Made by a program: the position numbers and the translations under genes. This document shows, piece by piece, positions 1 to 9,990 of a stretch of DNA of 35,375 nt. Within the stretch, counting starts at the first letter, position 1, and every line of letters starts with the position of its first letter. The DNA comes from Octopus bimaculoides (lineage: Eukaryota), in assembly GCF_001194135.2 (NCBI RefSeq), contig NC_068982.1, positions 158,887,802-158,923,176 on the forward strand, written 5' to 3'. Under the pieces are notes generated by a model. That model saw only the letters and a program-made list of their open reading frames with translations, searched no databases and was not told the origin of the DNA.

Positions 1-161
1 ATATATATATATATATACATATATATATATGTATGTATATATATATGTATATATATTTATACATACACATATATATATATACGTAACTATACCATAAAGA
101 TAGATAGATAAACAGATAGATAGGCAGACAGAGAGACAGAGAAGTAGACAGACAGACAGAG

Positions 162-195
<34 letters not shown>

Positions 196-215
196 TCAGA
201 CAGACAGATAGATAA

Positions 216-260
<45 letters not shown>
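1..260. repeat. (TA)n followed by (GATA)n/(GACA)n microsatellites
   Basis: Directly visible tandem repeats. Confidence 0.97.
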
Positions 261-439
261 CGTCACATTGCATAAATATTATTGAAACCATAATATTGGC
301 GTTCAAATTACTATTTCTAACTGAGGCATATCCTCACCATTTCAGAGCATAATCGATAAGATCAATTCATATTAATGAAATCGATTATGCACAGAATTCA
401 ACTCAAATGGATAGTTTCTTTATTCAATTGAACATGGCA

Positions 440-715
440 TTTTTCTAGGAATTAGTCAAATAAAATATATTAGCAAATTCATGGTAGGAAGGACATACAT
501 ATATGACTTTATACTCGAGGTAAGTTTTGTTCTGATATTTATAGTTGGATTGGTAAAGACTTTTGTTTTCGTAAAAAATGTGATGCGGTAATAATTTTGG
601 AGAACCACGTCTCCGAGATCAAATTCTGTGGATGTTAAATACATGTGCATCAATCCTTCAGAGTTATCACTAGAAATACAAGCTGAATATCAAAGTCCTT
701 AAAATGACTTTAATC
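440..715 (-). mobile_element. Decayed RTE-like LINE fragment (C-terminal part of RT)
   Basis: Minus-strand frames give Y-SACISSDNS (cf. YLGSxISSD), IDAHV..RI and KVFTNPTINIRTKL...YVLPTM (cf. KIWxNxxISxRTKLRLYxxxVLPxLLYG), typical of RTE-clade ORFs after the RT core. Frameshifted; motif match by eye only. Confidence 0.45.
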
Positions 716-768
716 GCCCTTAAAATTTAAGAGTATGTTTCTGTGTTTTAAATCCTGCTTCATCATTA

Positions 769-1980
769 TATCAGGTCATCCCATAAGTTCTGTCTGATTT
801 TACCTTTTTAAAAATTGAATGAAACTTAATAGTATTTTAGAGTGTCTAATGGAATTTTAAAAAAAAAATGTTGTGCATTTGTGTACATTTAAAATAATTA
901 AATATTATTTTAAAGAATAATAGACTTAACATTTCTGTGGAAGTATCCAAAGAGCATTTGAGGTACATAATGCTTTATGAGTACAAAAAAGGAAACTCTG
1001 AAGCCGTAGCTACTCGAAACATATACTCAGTTTATGTGAAAGAATGCTTGAATGAAAGAACATGCAGAAGATGGCTTGCAAAATTCAGAAGTGCAGATTT
1101 CAGCCTTGAAAATGAAGATCGAACAGGACGTCCAATTGAGTTTGATGAAAATCTCTCTGAGGCATTACTTGAAGAAAACCCTGCATTATCAGTTGAAAAA
1201 TTGGCAATAAAGCTTAGATCAAACCATACAACTGCTCATCGTCATCTTCAACAACTTGGAAATGTTCCTAAACTTGGAAAATGGGTGGCTCATGAATTGT
1301 CCGGAAGCAACCGCAAATCCCGAGTTGCCATCTGCTCTTCTCTCCATTCTAGCGAACTCATTTCACCCTTTCTGGATAGACACGTAACTGGTGACGAAAA
1401 ATAGATATTCTATCGAAATGTTAATCGATGTAAACAGCGGCTTGGTAAAAGGGGAAAAGCTCAACCACAACCGTGAAGGGAACTTTATGGGTAAAAGGTT
1501 CTCTCTATCTGGTGGGATTACAAAGGAGTAATTCACTTTGAAATGTTACCACATAATGCAACAATCAATGCTCAAGTCTACTGTCAGCAATTAGAGCGTT
1601 TGAACCAAGCTTTGAAGAAAAAAAAAAACCCGCTTTAATGAATCGAATTGGGGTGATGTTTCATCAGGACAATGCACCACCCAAGACTCCAAAGATCAAT
1701 CACAGAAGATCGAAGAGCTTGGTTGGGAAAAAATCCCTCATCCACCATATTCTCCCTTGCTCCTTCAGAATACCATTTGTTTCGTAGTTTAGAGAATCAT
1801 TTGGGGGTCATAACTTTCGCAATCCAAGAGGAGGTCGAAACTGACATTTCAGAGTTCTTCGCTTTGAAACCAAACGAGTTTTACACTGATGGGAGTAAAA
1901 AGCTTGCAAACAGATAGAAGGAAGTCATAGATAATCCGGGAAAGTATATTGATGACTAAATTTCAATTAAATATAATACT
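769..1980 (+). mobile_element. Mariner (DD34D-type) DNA transposon, defective, 3' TIR missing
   Basis: TA at 769-770 followed by TIR-like TCAGGTCATCCCATAAGTTCTGTC; transposase remnant 937-1959; no complementary TIR found at the 3' end, where an unrelated LINE fragment begins at about 1981. Confidence 0.92.
937..1959 (+). pseudogene. Mariner transposase pseudogene (HTH + DDD catalytic domain)
   Basis: HLRYIMLYEYKKG, CRRWLAKFRS..FSLENEDRTGRP, LGKWVAHEL (WVPHEL motif), VTGDEK* (first D 1393-1395, W to TAG), IWWDYKGVIHFEML, FHQDNA (second D 1668-1670), IPHPPYSP, LAPSEYHLFRSL (third D changed to E, 1768-1770). Several stops and frameshifts; GTG in place of ATG. Confidence 0.93.
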
Positions 1981-2577
1981 CGATCACTTGCAATATTTTT
2001 CTTACTTCTTTACTCATCTAAAATCTGACCTTCCTCACTTAAATCACATAGAGCTATTATTATTTTTTCCTCAAGGTTCTTCTTTTGTTTTAGCTGTATC
2101 TCTTATGTTGTTTGTCTTTCCGACTTCCTGGCCTTTTTTTCAAGTTCTCTTGTAATCTCTTCTACCTGTCATTCAATTTCTTCTCCTCATAGCATTTGTT
2201 TGATCTATTAATCTTTCCTCGGTTATTTTAAACATACCTTTCTCTACCCAAAGTGACAATATCCATTTTCTATAGCTCCCCGTTTTAGGTTCACTTTCTA
2301 AATAGCACTGCATCACTATCCTGATTTCTTCACTGGTCCACTTCCTAGTCCTTACTCTATTATCTGCTGATGCTGTATTAGGAAAACAACTGTAGTCAGT
2401 TTGCATCTTCACTGAAACACTGCCGAGCGAGAGGCATTGCCTTAAACGTCCGTTATTTTCGCTGTTACAATCAGAGTTTCTTCCGAAACTACTGTCTCTC
2501 ATAAACCGTGATAAGGTAACGTTCGTCACCAACGTCATCACCACTATTGCTTTTCGATATCTGATAGTTTCAAGCAA
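1981..2577 (-). mobile_element. R4/Dong-like non-LTR retrotransposon, N-terminal ORF fragment
   Basis: ORF 2173-2577 contains RKWTSEEIRIVMQCYLESEPKTGSYRKWILSLWVEKGMFKITEERLIDQTNAMRRRN, resembling the N-terminal RKW..E...VM.CY..SEP...GYRKR..TEQRL.DQ block of R4-clade elements; decays with stops to about 1981. Confidence 0.7.
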
Positions 2578-3127
2578 CTTTCTATTGTGACATCTACTGA
2601 ACCTTTGTGCTGGTGTTGTAGTGTGTGCTGCATGTTTTGGGCGGGGATGGTTTTTTTCTCTTTTGGTTGGATTTGTTATGGCTTCCTTTTTAAAGTGTTT
2701 ATTTTTTTAAATGAACACCGCACATGGACATGTGTTGATGTTTTTTTTTTCGTAGTTATTGATGTATCAGTGAGAGGCCGAGAAGAAACAGCAATGTGCA
2801 AATATATAGACGTCTTGTATAAATATTGAATTATATGGATTTGCAATTTAAATATTTTAGTTGCAGATTTCCAGTTTTCGTATAGAAATATTGCACTTTT
2901 TATATTTTTACGCACGTGTTGTCTCAGGGGAAGCTAATTGTTGTATACATATATACTCCTGATAAGAAAAATATTTCAGTTCCTTCAGTTGGCTTGCTAT
3001 AAGATAGAGTTTACTTTCATTGTTTTTGCGGATTCTTATCTCTTGCATCGTGAGACTTTCAGATTTAATCTATCTCCCCGGAAATTCATTGACACACATC
3101 AATACCGTTTGGTATTCGCTGCAATAT

Positions 3128-3290
3128 TCTCTTCTTCTTCTTCTTCTTCTTCTTCTTCTTCTTCTTCTTCTTTTTCTTCTTCTTCTTCTTCCTTTTCTTC
3201 TTCCTTTTCTTCTTCTTCTTCTTCTTCTTCTTCTTCTTCTTCTTCTTCTCCTTCTTCTTCTTCTTGTTATTATTATTATTATTATTATTA
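3128..3290. repeat. (TCT)n then (TAT)n microsatellite
   Basis: Direct; explains the poly-S, poly-L, poly-R and poly-K pseudo-ORFs here. Confidence 0.97.
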
Positions 3291-3810
3291 TGAAAATATA
3301 CGATAGGGCAACATATACGAAGCACAGTATAATCACCAGGACTACCCGGCACATGCATCACGACCATATGCGCGTAATATGGTGATCTCATAGCAAGATA
3401 AACAGCGCATGACCGTGCAGGTGGGACCCAATTAGAATAGTCTTCAGGTTGAGTAGCCGTCCATCCCGTTCAAATGGTCCCTGAGTAAGGGTTATTTAAG
3501 TATGAGAAACGAGACACCCATGTTTCCGAAGGTGAATTATCCAAAACCCAAAGAATTTCTCTCAATATATGGCTATGATGGTCTCCCACTACTTCTGCTC
3601 ATGATCAGAGATGCACACATCGTCAGCCACTAAGGGACATGCTCAACTGGTTACGGTCAAGCGACTGGCAAGCAAATCTGTGGTATTATGCAGAATATTT
3701 GCTGTAGCCCATCTTTTACACCAAGAGAAAACGATGTGCATGATAAAACTTCCAATCAGTTAGAATCAGAAACCATGAGAGTCACTGCCTTGTACTGCAT
3801 CAGGACATTT
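3291..3810. mobile_element. Unclassified ~520-bp non-coding interspersed repeat bounded on both sides by (TTA/TAA)n
   Basis: GC-richer block with sharp edges at (TAT)n tracts; no recognisable ORF; resembles an abundant octopus repeat from memory (not verified). Confidence 0.5.
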
Positions 3811-3887
3811 TATTATTATTATCATCATCATCACCGTCGTCGTCATCATCATCATCATCGTCGTCGTCGTCGTTGTCGTTGTTGTCC
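3811..3887. repeat. Compound trinucleotide tract TAT/CAT/CGT/TGT
   Basis: Direct. Confidence 0.95.
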
Positions 3888-3968
3888 TTGAACAGTTTCT
3901 GACGATGAAGATGCACTCCGGTGCCTGCTGTTCACTGCTGCATTATTTCACGTTGTGAGACTTAAAAA

Positions 3969-4505
3969 ATTATTATTGTTATTATTTTATTGTCTTTGCA
4001 CAGCTTCTAACGCTGGACCTGTACTACGTTGTCAGCTGTTCACTACCAGTGAACAAAGGTAACACCCCTTACTTTTCGAGCATCATCCGGAGTATTGGAG
4101 CAGTTCCAAGCAGTGCAGTGTTCTGCAAGTGCTCCACTCTTCTTGCAGCCCTTATTTGTTTCATGTACTTCTCAAGATTTTTACTCATTGTTCCCAGGTC
4201 TTCGACAAATATTGGTACTACTACCACCTTCTTCAGCGACCACAACTTCTTAACCTCTCAAGCTAACCTGTCTTATCTATCGACTTTTCTTTCTTCACTA
4301 TCGCATACCTTGTTGTCATCCGGACATGCTATATCTATGATCCAGTATCGTTTACTTTCTTTCTCAATTAACTCTATGTCTGGTTTCCTATTCCCTATCT
4401 CGTGGTCGCACTGAATCATAAAATCCCATAGAATCATTGCATTATCATTTCCGATGATGACTTCGGGTTTATGTTCGTACCAGTTTTTTGCTTTGTTGCT
4501 CTTTG
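3969..4505 (-). mobile_element. R4/Dong-like LINE 3' end with restriction-like endonuclease (PD..D) domain, 5'-truncated
   Basis: One minus frame (4500 to 4069): NWYEHKPEVIIGNDNAMILWDFMIQCDHEIGNRKPDIELIEKESKRYWIIDIACPDD...EVKKLWSLKKVVVVPIFVEDLG...LQNTALLGTAPILRMMLEK*, with two in-frame stops; short 3' UTR ending in a TAA-rich tail at 3969-3990. Confidence 0.88.
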
Positions 4506-4511
4506 ATGATG

Positions 4512-4571
<60 letters not shown>

Positions 4572-4572
4572 T
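4506..4572. repeat. (TAT)n microsatellite at the 5' junction of the R4-like fragment
   Basis: Direct. Confidence 0.97.
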
Positions 4573-5265
4573 AGTGATGTTTCTTTTGTCTGAGATTAGA
4601 GTTATATTTGCTCGAGGCTGTCTCCATACGTCTAGGCAATAAATCAATGAATAAATAGAAAAGTATTTTTCACTAGAAAGACTGAGTGATCCATTTGATT
4701 TCAAGGTTTTCTGTGTATAATTGGATGGAAAACGAAACGTATTAAGTAAAATTATAGAAAGAAAAAAAAAAAGAATATGTGTAGGTCAAACCACTTGAAA
4801 CTAAAAAGGAAATGCGCATAGAAGTGAAAAACATTTATTTGAAACAAGTTTCAAGTAAAATTTGCTCTGAAATATATATCAGAAGAAATATGAGAAATAA
4901 AAAATAAGATTTGATGCAAAAATAAGGAAAAGTGAGAAGGAAGGAAATTATATCTCAACTGCAATTTTCAAGATACTTTTGCGGCTTTTATAATATTTCT
5001 TTTCTTTTTGCTATTGGTTTGCAGTGCCTACATTGATTAAAATTTCCACATATTCATCCATTTATAGAACAACATTTCGTTTCTATTTTGCATACATGCG
5101 TCGTATTTTTCCTAAATTTATTGCTCTTCATAGCGTATTCTTTTTATTTGCTATTTGTAAATGCTATTTTTCCTTTTCCTCCACTCTTATACCCTTCATC
5201 ATCTTTTCTTCCACGTGTTTTAAATTTTCCTTCTTTATTTTCTTCATTACCCTCTACTTTTCATA

Positions 5266-5470
5266 TTTCTTCTTCTTCTTCTTCTTCTTCTTCTTCTTCT
5301 TCTTCTTCTTCTTCTTCTTCTTCTTCTTCTTCTTCTTCTTCTTCTTCTTCTCATTATCATCATCGTCATCATCATCATCATTATTATGATTATTATTATT
5401 ATTATTGTTGCTGTTGTTGTTGTTGCAGTTGTTGTTGTCGTTGTTGTTGTTGCTGTTGTTGTTGTTTTTG
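5266..5470. repeat. Compound trinucleotide array TCT/CAT/TAT/TGT
   Basis: Direct. Confidence 0.97.
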
Positions 5471-5538
5471 TTTTGTTAATTTTATTCGGGTGTTGAGGAG
5501 GCAGAATCGGAAGCATACCTTGAGCCATTTTGTCCCCT

Positions 5539-5691
5539 TTTTACATTCTGAGTTCAAATTCCACTGAGGTCAACTTTCCCTTTCATTCTTTCGGGTTCGA
5601 TGAAATAAGTACGAGCTGATTTCTGGTGTCGATGTAATCGACTTAATCCTACCGAAGAAATCGCTGGGCATGCGCTAAACTTTGAAATCAT
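5539..5691 (+). mobile_element. SINE family A, 5'-truncated
   Basis: B-box-like GAGTTCAAATTCC and body (GAGGTCAACTTT..TTTCATTCTTTCGG..TCGAT) shared with copies at 6839, 15106 and 28911. Confidence 0.75.
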
Positions 5692-5827
5692 AAACATAAT
5701 CATCATCATTATCATTATCGTTCGGTGACGCAAACGTCTCAACAAGAACCCAAAACTGAATATCAATAAAAAAATGTTTCATTACAAGGTGTGCTAAGGT
5801 AGCGACGCAGCAAAATAATGGTTGACG

Positions 5828-5883
5828 AAGGCGTGCCTGCGTGGTAAGGAGATAACTCCCCAACTGCATGGTTCCGGCTTCAG
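5828..5883 (+). mobile_element. SINE family B head fragment (tRNA-like)
   Basis: AGGCGTGCCTGCGTGGTAAG...CATGGTTCCGGCTTCAG aligns to the head of the 10889 copy. Confidence 0.5.
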
Positions 5884-6229
5884 ATAAATAAATAAACTCC
5901 CACATCTCCAAAGTAATATTAATACCGACGTGGATTATAACATCGCAAGACAATCACGTAGAGGTTCAGAAATAAAGGGAAAAACAAAAGAAATTAATTG
6001 TGATTCCATATATTTCGTTTTGCAGAATAGAGAATAGCGATCATTTCCACACGAGTGGGCGAGTGAGCTAGAGAGATAGGGGGAGCGAAAGAGATGTAGA
6101 GTGAGAGCTAATAAATAGATAACCACTCACGTTAAAATACATTTATAAAGGGGTAAATACAGTAAGTAATGTAGGTTTGGAATTTTATTACAATAGTGCC
6201 CAAGACGTCCATCGAAATACGCTTATCAA

Positions 6230-6252
6230 ACTGCATATACATATACATATAA

Positions 6253-6328
<76 letters not shown>

Positions 6329-6390
6329 NNNNNNNNNNATATATATATATATATATATATACGTATATCTGTGTGTGTGTTGTGTGTGTG
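6230..6390. repeat. (CA)n/(TA)n/(TG)n microsatellite with small gap
   Basis: Direct. Confidence 0.95.
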
Positions 6391-6838
6391 CGTAAGAGAT
6401 TGTGTATGAATGCTTTCACAAGCACTCTCATGTGTGCGCGCGCAATGCATATCCACACAGGTGTACACAAAAGATGTATAACTCAACCAGACATACCCGC
6501 TTGTTTAACATGGTTAAATAGTTTGCTAACATACGCGTGCGATCATTCATTTATTTAGGTACTTGTGTAATTGCATTGCAAACATCACAGAGCCTCCTCA
6601 CCTTCATTTTAAACTCTCCAGCGTATTCAGCATTTGAGAGCTGAAGACGGACAAAGAGAGAACCACACCATCAGTCCGCCTGTATTGGTTACAGCTGAAG
6701 AGATTGATGCGTCATAGGTTACCAATTTCAGGTGAACAACACTCAACCGCGACCAAGAATTTAACATTAATTTTATGATCATTAGTCAGCCACCCCGATT
6801 AATGAACCACATGACTTCACAATATATCTGTAGTGTCT

Positions 6839-7058
6839 AAGGCGGCTAGCTTGCAGAAACGTTAGCACGCCGGGAGAAGTGCTTAGCGGTGTTTTGTTTG
6901 TCTTTGCGTTCTGAGTTCAAATTCTGCCAAGTTCATCTGTGCATTTCATCCTTTCGGGCGTCGATAAATTAAGTACCATTTGCATACTGGGGTCGATCTA
7001 GTCTACTGGCCCTCTCCCCCAAACTTTTGGGCTTTGAACCTAGAGGAGAAAAGAATAT
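6839..7058 (+). mobile_element. tRNA-derived SINE family A, near full length
   Basis: AAGGCGGCTAGCTTGCAGAAACGTTAGCACGCCGGG head (A-box-like), GAGTTCAAATTC B-box-like, homologous to other copies in the window. Confidence 0.85.
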
Positions 7059-7545
7059 GTGTTTAACGTTTGTATGTATGAAAGTAAAACTTTTAATCCT
7101 TTTCTTTTCGCGCATAGACTAAAGGTCAGTCCATTAGTGCCAATGTTTAACCTACTTGGCTCAGTCAATATTGCATGCATTCAGACATAAGTGCATACGC
7201 ATGTAATTGTATCTTTGGCCTCATGAGTAGCTAGCGAAGTACCCGAGGTTGAGTAATTGTTACATTAGACCATCTGCTAGATAAGAAACTTATTTAGCCA
7301 ACATTTTACCTGTTCCACTCCTTCAATTTTATATATATAAGATNNNNNNNNNNNNNNNNNNNNNNNNNNNNNNNNNNNNNNNNNNNNNNNNNNNNNNNNN
7401 NNNNNNNNNNNNNNNNNNNNNNNNNNNNNNNNNNNNNNNNNNNNNNNNNNNNNNNNNNNNNNNNNNNNNNNNNNNNNNNNNNNNNNNNNNNNNNNNNNNN
7501 NNNNNNNNNNNNNNNNNNNNNNNNNNNNNNNNNTATATATATACA

Positions 7546-7833
7546 TATTCTTTTATTTGTTTCAGTCATTTGACTGTGGCCATGCTGGACCATCGCCTTT
7601 ATTCGAGCAAATCGATTCCAGGACTTATTCGTGGTAAGCCTAGTACTTGTTACAACGGTCTGTTTTGCCGAACCGCTAGATTATGTGGACGTAAACACAT
7701 CACCGACGGCTGTCAGGTGATATAGGGGGACAAACCCAGACACGCAAGCATATACACACGTATACATATGTATATCAAATGGTCTTCTTTCAGTTTCTAT
7801 CTACCAAATCCACTCAGAAGGCTGTGGTCAGCC
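7546..7833 (-). mobile_element. SINE family B, head truncated where the Penelope-like element ends
   Basis: Reverse complement matches the 10889-11320 copy from GGCTGACC..GAGTGGATTTGGTAGA through the microsatellite linker to CAGTCAAATGACTGAAACAAATAAAAGAATA. Confidence 0.82.
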
Positions 7834-9805
7834 TCATACAGAAAAGGATATGACGAAAAAAAATATGAAAAACAAGGAGGGGTATTAGGCTGATGCTCGG
7901 GAAAATCAAGGTGTCTTTTACGTTTCGAGCCTACGCTCCTCAACAGAAAAGAATATGAGAGAATAAAGAGAGAATTTTTTAAAAAAATGCTTTTATCGGT
8001 CATGCATGGCGATTGATTGGAAAAATGGTTTGACAGGAGAGGTAGAAAGAAAGGGAGATAATAAAGTATTGATGATCCAAAACGAAGGTGCACGTGCCTG
8101 TGTATGTATGTGAGAATGTGTAAGCGATTGTGTCTGGATAGAGGCTAGTGACTTTGACGTGTGTGAATGTGTGCGTGTGTAAGTATGTGCGTCTGCAATG
8201 TGTGGGTGTGTGGATGATGGTGTGTGAGTGTCCAGATGGTGGTATATGGTTGTACCGATGATGGTTTTTGGTGTGGATGCCGGGAATGGTTGAGTGCTGG
8301 TGTGTGTGGGTGGTGTGATGTGTCGTGGTGCTGTGTGGCGTGGTATGGTGGGGCGTGGGGTTGGGGGAGTGGTGTGGGGTAGAAGTAAGTAGAGGGCTGG
8401 GGAAGTAGCTTGGAATATGAGTGTGGGGATGTGGGTGTGGGGTAGAGGTGACTGTGTAGGGTAGGATGTGTGTAGATGGGATATCAATGAAGGTAGGTAG
8501 CAGTGTAGAGAGGAAGTAGGTGTCAGAGGAAGTGATGAGAGGAGAGGTGGGTAGGGTTGAAGAGTGAAAGTATTGTCAAATGAAGAAAGCAGAGCAGGGG
8601 AGTCAGATGAAGAGAGGAGGAGCCTATGTGGAGCAAAAGAGCGAAGAGTAAAGATTAATTCCTGTTCACGACGAAGACATGTGTTGTAGACAATGACCGG
8701 TAGATCGAAAATGGCACGAGACACGGAAGTCATTACCGAGTCCTCTGTCCTGGAGGTGCTCTGCGAACCGGTCAGCGAAGCAGCATCCCGTTTTACTGAA
8801 GTACAGAGAAGGGCAGAGAGAGCAGGAGATACAGTAAATGACGTTGCTAGAAGTGCAGGAAAGGAGCCGATGATATGATAGGGACGATGATGTATGCCTG
8901 TGAGCATGGTGGTGTTCGAGAGGTATGAGCAAGTCTGGCAGCGTGGGTGGGAGCAGAGGAACGAGCCAGATTGGACGGTGGGATTAGGGAAGAAACTGTC
9001 GATCAGGAGGTGATGCAGGTTGTGCCATCCTTTGAAGGAGGGAAGGCTCGGAGAATGGTGCGTTGGAGGAGTAGCGTGTATTGGTGGTAGGTGAGCGTAA
9101 ACAGGAGACGGGCAACGACGGGGTGGGTGCAAGGAAAGAGATTGGAAGTTTGTCTAGGGAACGTGTCTTGAGAGTGGTGAGGGGATATCCACGAAGGATG
9201 AAGTGTGGAGCCATGAGTTGTGACTGAGTCTCAAAGTCATGGTTGTCGCAGCAGAGCCTGCGCAGATGGAGAGTTTGGTGTGGGTAGGTTGGGAGGAAGA
9301 GAAGTTAAGGTAGGAGCGTGAGTCGATGTGTTTGTTTTGGATGGCGTAGTGAGTGTAGTATGGTGTGTGTTGACAGAGATGTCGAGAAATGCGACGGGAG
9401 AGTTGGAAATAGGGCAGGAGAATTCGATGGCAGGATTGAGGGATTGAACAAAAGAGAAGAAGGAGTTTAGTAGTTCACGGAAGATTGAGATCTCACCGAT
9501 ACAGTCATCAATGTAACGACCGTATAATTCGAGACCAGTGAATAGTGAGAATATTTGGGCTTCAACGTAGTCAACGAATAGGTTCGCATAGCTGGGGGCC
9601 TATTGTTTTTCCCATGACCTCCTCCGAGAACTATTGGTAAAAATTCTCCCGAAGCAGTTGAGGGAGAGAACAAGTTTAGTTAGATGTAGAAGTGTGGGGT
9701 CATATGAGGTTGGGGTTTTAGTCGAAGGTCTAGAAAATGTTTGAGTGCAAGAGGTCCTTCGCTGTGTGGTATCACAGTATATAGAACGCTTCAGGCATTC
9801 TAATG
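7834..9805 (-). mobile_element. Penelope-like retroelement (RT + GIY-YIG endonuclease + 3' pLTR-like tail), 5'-truncated, frameshifted
   Basis: Minus frames: VIPHSEG.LALKHFLD (RT motif A region), PSYANLFVDYVE (motif B'), YGRYIDDCIG (YIDD at 9504-9515), AFLDISV, HFILRGYP, CSHPRCQTCSYL, then SCTSSNVIYCISCSLCPSLYFSKTG..FADRFAEHL..HF and RREQELIFTLRSFAPH (GIY-YIG domain). CA/CCA-rich 3' region 7834-8600. Confidence 0.92.
7914..7952 (-). ncRNA. Minimal type I hammerhead ribozyme-like motif, non-canonical core CUGUUGA
   Basis: Minus strand UCUUUU-CUGUUGA-G-GAGC-guag-GCUC-GAAA-CG-UA-AAAGA: 4-bp helix II, palindromic ACGU helix III, short helix I; located near the 3' end of a Penelope-like element, where such motifs are known to occur. 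Confidence 0.6.
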
Positions 9806-9829
9806 ACTGAAATATATATGTCCATGCGG

Positions 9830-9887
9830 ATGTACATGTGTGTTTGAGTGTGCGTGTAGATGTGTGTGTGTGCGCGTGTGTGTGTAG

Positions 9888-9956
<69 letters not shown>

Positions 9957-9990
9957 TGTGTGTGTGTATGTGTTTATGATGTGCGCGTGC
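9830..9990. repeat. (TG)n microsatellite
   Basis: Direct. Confidence 0.96.

Noticed and set aside
2938-3391. Overlapping poly-S, poly-L, poly-R and poly-K ORFs
   Set aside because: Translations of (TCT)n/(TAT)n microsatellites.
3898-3935. CTGACGA followed by a hairpin as a hammerhead
   Set aside because: No GAAA after the hairpin and no helix III/UH in either orientation.
5024-5567. Low-complexity ORFs of 93-159 aa
   Set aside because: Compound trinucleotide repeat artefacts.
6635-6745. Two CTGAAGA motifs each followed by a stem (CGGAC/GTCCG; GATTG/CAATT)
   Set aside because: Neither is followed by GAAA or a helix III, so hammerhead topology is incomplete.
7993-9132. 379-aa ORF as an intact protein
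   Set aside because: Chance read-through of frameshifted Penelope coding pieces and the CA-rich tail; the GIY-YIG motif lies in another frame.
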